Shown here piece by piece: positions 7,319 to 11,611 of a DNA stretch of 11,611 nucleotides (positions are counted from its first letter, which is position 1; the number at the start of each line of letters is the position of its first letter). Source of the DNA: Verrucomicrobiota bacterium (lineage in GTDB: Bacteria; Verrucomicrobiota; Verrucomicrobiia; Limisphaerales; CANJXF01); assembly GCA_038214755.1 (NCBI GenBank), contig JBBQRQ010000126.1:1-11611 (forward strand), written 5' to 3'. The translations under genes were made by a program, and so were the position numbers. The notes beneath the pieces were generated by a model. The model did not search any database. It saw only the letters and a list, made by a program, of their open reading frames with translations, and had not been told where the DNA came from.

Positions 7319-7722
7319 TGGCGTGGCTTCTTGATACGAACGCCTGGATTCAACATCTCAAAAATCCTGGCGGGCCGGTGGAGCAACGTCTCAACCGCGT
7401 TTCACCTTCGGAAATTCTTCTTTGTGCCGTTGTGAAAGCGGAACTCTGGCATGGCGCACACAAGTATGAGCGGCGCGAACGTCGGTTAGTCGCCTTGCAC
7501 AATTTATTTCAACCTTTTGTCTCGTTGCCTTTCGATGATGCCGCCGCGCATCATTACGCAACCGTCCGGCACAATCTTGAAACTCTCGGTCAAATCATCG
7601 GCCCAAACGATCTCAAAATCGCAGCCATTTGTCTCGCGCATGGATTGACGCTGGTTAGCGCCAACGTCGGTGAGTTCGGTCGTATTTCGGAATTGCGCGT
7701 GGAAAATTGGGCAAAACTTTGA
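7318..7722 (+). CDS. vapC: VapC-family PIN-domain ribonuclease toxin (module B)
   Basis: [36 protein letters not shown]...[11 protein letters not shown]; the PIN acidic residues are present. Confidence 0.93.
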   Translation: MAWLLDTNAWIQHLKNPGGPVEQRLNRVSPSEILLCAVVKAELWHGAHKYERRERRLVALHNLFQPFVSLPFDDAAAHHYATVRHNLETLGQIIGPNDLKIAAICLAHGLTLVSANVGEFGRISELRVENWAKL

Positions 7723-7865
7723 ACAACAAAAGATTTTCTCGGCACGCTCGAACGCAGCATGCCTCGGTCAGCAGGATCGGCATTGATCGTTTGTGCATGA
7801 TGTTGCTCGGCCAGGAAAGCATTCGCGAGTTGATTTTATTTCCGCAGATGAAGCCGAAGGCATAG
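7721..7865 (+). repeat. Long degenerate copy of the lysS 3' end (tail copy 2)
   Basis: Aligns to 6644-6802. 7779-7859 vs 6719-6799 is 76/81 identical ([28 protein letters not shown]). The 5' part has small deletions, including 10 nt between AAG repeats and one GGCATT unit. Confidence 0.97.
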
Positions 7866-7888
7866 TGTTGCGCCGCATTTTCGCAAAC

Positions 7889-7917
7889 TTGTCAGAAGTT
7901 CATCGCGCAGCTATTTT
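7889..7917 (+). promoter_or_regulatory. Putative sigma70 promoter (leaderless) for module C
   Basis: TTGTCA-17 nt-TATTTT, 6 nt before ATG 7924. Confidence 0.55.
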
Positions 7918-7923
7918 TAAACC

Positions 7924-8109
7924 ATGCAAGCGAAAGCAATTGTTGGCGGGAAACTGGTGAGTTTCAAACTCTCTCCCGAACTTGCGCGCGCCCATCGTGC
8001 CAACGCCGGCAAAACGATGACGGACGAAGAATCCATCGCCTTTGTCGAAAAGAAACGCCGCGCTCTCGCGTTGCGTCGCGCCAAACCTTATCTTGAGAGT
8101 CGTCCTTGA
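7924..8109 (+). CDS. Putative antitoxin of unrecognised family (module C)
   Basis: 61-aa ORF upstream of and overlapping a PIN toxin gene; a second near-identical partial copy exists in the window. Confidence 0.7.
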   Translation: MQAKAIVGGKLVSFKLSPELARAHRANAGKTMTDEESIAFVEKKRRALALRRAKPYLESRP

Positions 8110-8512
8110 TACCTGCGTGCTGAAGCTGGCGACGCTGCCGAATCCCGTCAATCCGGCAGCCTTGATCGTGGAACTTTGTTTGACCGGCAATTTGCGGGCG
8201 TGGACCTCTCCCGCAATGATCGAGGAATATCAGGAAGTCCTTTCCGATGAACCACAACTTCTCCCACGAATGCTCTCTGTTCTGGAATTTTGTTATCCAT
8301 TGACCGAACTGGATGTCATCCGTCACAAACCGGATAATCGTTTTCTGGAATGCGCGCTGGCCGTCACGGCGGATTTCATCATCACGGTCAATACCGCGCG
8401 CGGCCATTTTGATCAGCCCAAATATCAATCGGTGTCTGTCATAACTCCGGGCGCATTCGTGAATTCGCCTGATATCCAAAAGCTGATGCGAAAACAATTC
8501 GGCTCCGCGTGA
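8093..8512 (+). CDS. PIN-family putative toxin (PIN_3/TIGR00305-like; module C)
   Basis: From TTG 8093: MRVVLDTCVL...SPAMIEEYQEVL...IRHKPDNRFLECALAVTADFIITVN...VITPGAF. Confidence 0.88.
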   Translation: MRVVLDTCVLKLATLPNPVNPAALIVELCLTGNLRAWTSPAMIEEYQEVLSDEPQLLPRMLSVLEFCYPLTELDVIRHKPDNRFLECALAVTADFIITVNTARGHFDQPKYQSVSVITPGAFVNSPDIQKLMRKQFGSA

Positions 8513-8540
8513 TTCTGTTTCCGCAGATGAAGCCAAATAA
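8509..8540 (+). repeat. Copy of the lysS 3' end (tail copy 3)
   Basis: GTG ATT CTG TTT CCG CAG ATG AAG CCA AATAA vs lysS 6770-6796: 23/27 identical, all four differences silent (VILFPQMKP). Confidence 0.9.
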
Positions 8541-8563
8541 CCGCAGGATAAAATTTGCCCTGA

Positions 8564-8591
8564 TTGACTTTGTGCACACTGTGCACAAAAT
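8564..8591 (+). promoter_or_regulatory. Promoter with palindromic operator for module D
   Basis: TTGACT-16 nt-CAAAAT overlapped by the perfect inverted repeat TTTGTGCACA-C-TGTGCACAAA (8569-8589); ATG at 8600. Confidence 0.7.
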
Positions 8592-8599
8592 TCGATGAA

Positions 8600-8977
8600 A
8601 TGAAAACCGCCTACGTCTCCGCTCGCGTGCCACTGCGCTACGAACGGTTGGTCGCGAAACAAGCCCGCGCCGCGAAAACTTCCAAGAGTGATCTCGCTTC
8701 CCGCTATGTTATCGAAAAATCTCTTGAGACGGAGTTTCCCGGAATCTCTTTCCGCGATTCATTGTCCGGACGCGAAGCCTATCTCACTGGTCATCGGGTG
8801 GCGGTTTGGGAAGTGGTCGATGTTCACGCGGAATTAAAGTCGGTGGAGAAAACGGCGGACCATTTTCACTGGCCATCGGTCATCGTGAAACGCGCGATTG
8901 CTTACGCCAAAGCTTTTCCTGAAGAAATCCGTGAGTCGCAGGAGGGAGAGAAATATGGCGTTCAAGCTGTTGGCTGA
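8600..8977 (+). CDS. RHH + DUF433-like antitoxin (module D)
   Basis: N-terminal RHH-like VSARVP...KTSKSDLASRYV, then FPGISFRDSLSGREAYLTGHRVAVWEVV...TADHF....VKRAIAYAKAFPEEI; paired with a DUF5615-like gene. Confidence 0.82.
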   Translation: MKTAYVSARVPLRYERLVAKQARAAKTSKSDLASRYVIEKSLETEFPGISFRDSLSGREAYLTGHRVAVWEVVDVHAELKSVEKTADHFHWPSVIVKRAIAYAKAFPEEIRESQEGEKYGVQAVG

Positions 8978-9335
8978 CGAGAATACTTCGCATCGTTTGG
9001 TATCCGCTTGCCGCCGTCTTGTGCCGGAGTTTTCACTGATTCATCTCGCCAACTGGCAGGACGGAATGTGGCTGGGATTGGACGACGCCGCCTAGTTGAT
9101 TTGCTGCGCTGAAGTGAAACTCATTCTCGTGGCTTTTGATCGCTCGACCCTCGCATGGCACGCCGGACAATTGCTCCGCGCCGGTTACGATCACGCGGGA
9201 ATTATTTTATTTCGCCGGAGTGTTCGAAGTTCAGATCACGGTCATCAATCGCGACTGCTGACTGGCTTTTGGCCGGGCGAAGGAAAGAATTGGGACTGGC
9301 AGAATCGCATTGTTTATTTGCCGAAGTCGGCGTGA
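8955..9335 (+). pseudogene. DUF5615 (PIN-like, VapC45-type) toxin interrupted by an in-frame TAG at 9093-9095
   Basis: MAFKLLADENTS...LGLDDAA*LICCAEVKLILVAFDRSTL...HAGIILF...WQNRIVYLP. Both halves are in the same frame; GGAGG upstream. Confidence 0.85.
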
Positions 9336-9362
9336 ATCGGATGCGAAGTTAAAGCAGGCTAA

Positions 9363-10490
9363 ATGAATTTTAAAACGACACTTCAATTTTGCCTCTGTCT
9401 TTTCTTGGTGTCGCTTTCAACAACCTTCGGTGAAAGCGCGGAGCAAATAGTTTTGGACATCACTCCAACGAAAGAATTTCCGCGCAACTCCGAAGGCGCT
9501 TTCGTCACCCTGAAATCCAAACGTGTTTTGTTTGTCTATTCTCAATTTCAGGGTTCAGCCGCGGATGAAAGTCCGGTGCGAATTGTTTCCGTTTTTTCCG
9601 ATGACGGGGGGCGAACCTGGAGCCAGCAACCCGAAGTCGTCGCGCAGAATGGTGGCGGGCAGAATTTGATGAGCGTCTCCCTCTTGCGTCTGGCGGATGA
9701 ACGCATCGCCCTGTTTTATCTCGTCAAAAATAACTTTCACGATTGTCGCCCGGTGATTTGTTTTTCCGCAGACGAAGCGAAAACGTGGTCGAAACCCACG
9801 CCCGTTTTCGCCGCGCCCGGTTATTTTGTTTTAAATAACGATCGCGTCATTCAAACCCGTTCCGGCCGTTTGATTATGCCGGTGGCTTTTCACCGCTCGC
9901 GCAATGGAAACCCAAATGATCCGCACACGCTCGATTACCGCGCCATCGATTTGTGGTATTTGTCGGATGACAGCGGGAAGATGTGGCGGGAGGCGAACGA
10001 TTGGCGGGCAATTCCGCTTCCGAGCAAAACGGGTTTGCACGAACCCGGAGTGGTGGAACTGGGGAACGGAAATATTTTTAGTTGGGCGCGCACCGATCAG
10101 GGTTGTCAGTTTGGCTGCATTTCGACGAACCGAGGAATCTCGTGGTCGATCCCGGAGCCGACCGCGCTCAAATCGCCCATCGCGCCCGCCAGCATTAAAC
10201 GGCTGCCAAACTCAACGGACTTGCTCGCGGTTTTTAACGATCATTCCGGCGATTTTCCTTTTGAAAAAAATAAACGCACGCCACTCGTCACGGCGATTTC
10301 GAGTGACAATGGCAGGACGTGGGCGAAAAAAAAGTTAATTGAGAACGATCCGCAAGGCGCATTTTGCTACACGGCGATTCATTTTATCGGCGATTCCGTA
10401 TTGCTCGGTTATTGCGCCGGTGATCCGGGAGTGAACGGGTTAAATCGCCTGCGAGTCCGACGCATCGCTTTGCCGTGGCTGCGAGAATAA
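9363..10490 (+). CDS. Secreted sialidase-family / BNR (Asp-box) beta-propeller protein
   Basis: Signal peptide; Asp boxes SDDGGRTW, SADEAKTW, SDDSGKMW, STNRGISW, SSDNGRTW; also RNSEG, NNDR, HEPGVVEL, RTPL and YCYT-like motifs. Confidence 0.88.
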   Translation: MNFKTTLQFCLCLFLVSLSTTFGESAEQIVLDITPTKEFPRNSEGAFVTLKSKRVLFVYSQFQGSAADESPVRIVSVFSDDGGRTWSQQPEVVAQNGGGQNLMSVSLLRLADERIALFYLVKNNFHDCRPVICFSADEAKTWSKPTPVFAAPGYFVLNNDRVIQTRSGRLIMPVAFHRSRNGNPNDPHTLDYRAIDLWYLSDDSGKMWREANDWRAIPLPSKTGLHEPGVVELGNGNIFSWARTDQGCQFGCISTNRGISWSIPEPTALKSPIAPASIKRLPNSTDLLAVFNDHSGDFPFEKNKRTPLVTAISSDNGRTWAKKKLIENDPQGAFCYTAIHFIGDSVLLGYCAGDPGVNGLNRLRVRRIALPWLRE

Positions 10491-10569
10491 CCCGGCCAAC
10501 AATGATTGGGAATCTTGCTCTCGCTTGATCCTTCTCCTTCGCCGACTGGGAACCGGCGCGCAAAAAAAA

Positions 10570-11277
10570 TCAGTTGCTTACTTCCAGCACAATGGCGCCG
10601 GGAATGATACGCAGGCTTTTGACACCTCGCAGCGCGGGCCTTCCGTTGTGTTGGCCCACCGCGTCGGCGAGAAGATTTTCGCCCTTCAAACCGCCCAGCC
10701 ACGCCTTCGGCAGGCTCAGCCCCAGCACTGTGACATCTTCCAAGATTGCATAAGGCGCTTGATCATTGAGCGACACGCGGAAGCGACCGCGGGCGCGAAA
10801 TATTTTTCCGCCCCCCACGGGAAAATCTTGCGGGATGGGCACGGCCAAATAGGCATTGATGGCGTCGCGCGCCAACTCCAGTCGCACCGTTTTGCCAAGG
10901 TCCGTGTTCGCGTTCAACAACCCGTTCAATTCCCGTTCGGTCAACTGCAACTCTTTTGAACCCGGCGTGTAAGACCGATCAAGTTCTGGCTTCGAAACGG
11001 AGTCGCGCGAGGACGAAATTGATGAACGACTTTCCGCCGCGCCACCGAGATGCTGAAGTTTATCATCCACTTTTGCTTTTTCAGATGCTGACAAGACCAC
11101 CGGCTTGATCGGGCGCTGCAACCACCAAAGCGTGATGGCGACCGTCGCGACGATGATGAGCAGCAGGGCGAGCAAACCGCCGCAGCCAAAGAGCAGCCAA
11201 CGGCGTCGTTTCGGAGCGGGCGCTGGAGCGGAACCGCCTACTGGCTGGAGCGGCGGGGGCGTGGAATGGGGCGTCAT
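10570..11277 (-). CDS. Hypothetical single-pass membrane-anchored protein
   Basis: Pro-rich N-terminus, KRRR, then one TM helix (WLLFGCGGLLALLLIIVATVAITLWW); soluble domain with LTERELNGLL and LGLSLPKAWLGGLKG. Confidence 0.8.
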   Translation of the reverse strand: MTPHSTPPPLQPVGGSAPAPAPKRRRWLLFGCGGLLALLLIIVATVAITLWWLQRPIKPVVLSASEKAKVDDKLQHLGGAAESRSSISSSRDSVSKPELDRSYTPGSKELQLTERELNGLLNANTDLGKTVRLELARDAINAYLAVPIPQDFPVGGGKIFRARGRFRVSLNDQAPYAILEDVTVLGLSLPKAWLGGLKGENLLADAVGQHNGRPALRGVKSLRIIPGAIVLEVSN

Positions 11278-11428
11278 AGAAAAATCGTAACCAATGCGTC
11301 CCGCCGCCGCAAGTTCACTGGACGGTTCTTACCTTTTCCGACGAGTTGCACGATGGGCTGCTACTGTAAGCCACGAAGGTCGCAAAAAAGCTCGCGTCTT
11401 AAAAACCGGGGCGAAATACTCATTCAGA

Positions 11429-11611
11429 ATGAAATCCACAGTTAGACGTCTGACCATTCTGTGTCTTTTGGCTCTTGTTCTTTTCACGTCATCGGCTCTT
11501 GCGGACTGGAAATCCGACGCCAATACGAGCATCGAACAAATCCGCAAGCGCGATTGGGTTTTGTTGGTCCAGAATACAGATGGGCAGCCCGTCGCCGGAG
11601 CAACGGTCCAG
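11429..11611 (+). CDS. Start of a secreted protein, probably a GH10 xylanase-like glycoside hydrolase (partial)
   Basis: Manual translation: MKSTVRRLTILCLLALVLFTSSALA-DWKSDANTSIEQIRKRDWVLLVQNTDGQPVAGATVQ. Signal peptide plus the W...AN..IEQIRKRD...G.PV.GATV segment that often precedes GH10 domains. The catalytic domain is off-window. Confidence 0.65.
   Translation, partial: MKSTVRRLTILCLLALVLFTSSALADWKSDANTSIEQIRKRDWVLLVQNTDGQPVAGATVQ

Noticed and set aside
6782..8540. Classical prophage/ICE attL-attR or CRISPR-like repeats
   Set aside because: The repeats vary from 18 to 145 bp, are lysS coding sequence, and no integrase, phage or cas genes are present.
9093..9095. Genome-wide amber recoding or pyrrolysine
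   Set aside because: A single instance in a dispensable toxin gene; TAG terminates the amidohydrolase normally.
9314..9328. TTATTTGCCGAAGT as a fourth lysS tail copy
   Set aside because: Needs an 11-nt gap to align and encodes the ordinary ..VYLP end of the DUF5615-like protein; probably chance.
10540..10569. Terminator between the convergent sialidase-family and hypothetical genes
   Set aside because: A weak CGCCG/CGGCG stem is present, but the T-run lies on the wrong side for either strand.

Overview
Bacterial chromosomal window, probably Verrucomicrobia-like (inferred from protein style and repeat types). Gene order: bioA (partial; absent from the ORF track because it runs off the window) and bioF, an isolated small gene with integron-cassette-like ends, a metal-dependent amidohydrolase, hpf/raiA, lysS, a stack of toxin-antitoxin (TA) modules, a BNR/Asp-box sialidase-family gene, a membrane-anchored hypothetical gene, and the start of a probable GH10-like secreted glycosidase. 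The main unexplained structure lies after lysS: four TA-type modules (one truncated, two intact, one with a nonsense codon), separated by three extra copies of the lysS 3' end. The copies differ in length, differ from lysS mostly at silent sites, and overlap the stop codon of the preceding module. No integrase or transposase is present in the window. This looks like a cassette array that grows by repeated replacement of an essential gene's tail. A second theme is in-frame invasion of housekeeping genes: 7/8-mer tandem arrays in bioA and bioF, a 150-bp REP doublet in the amidohydrolase, and a ~109-aa low-GC domain inside LysRS.
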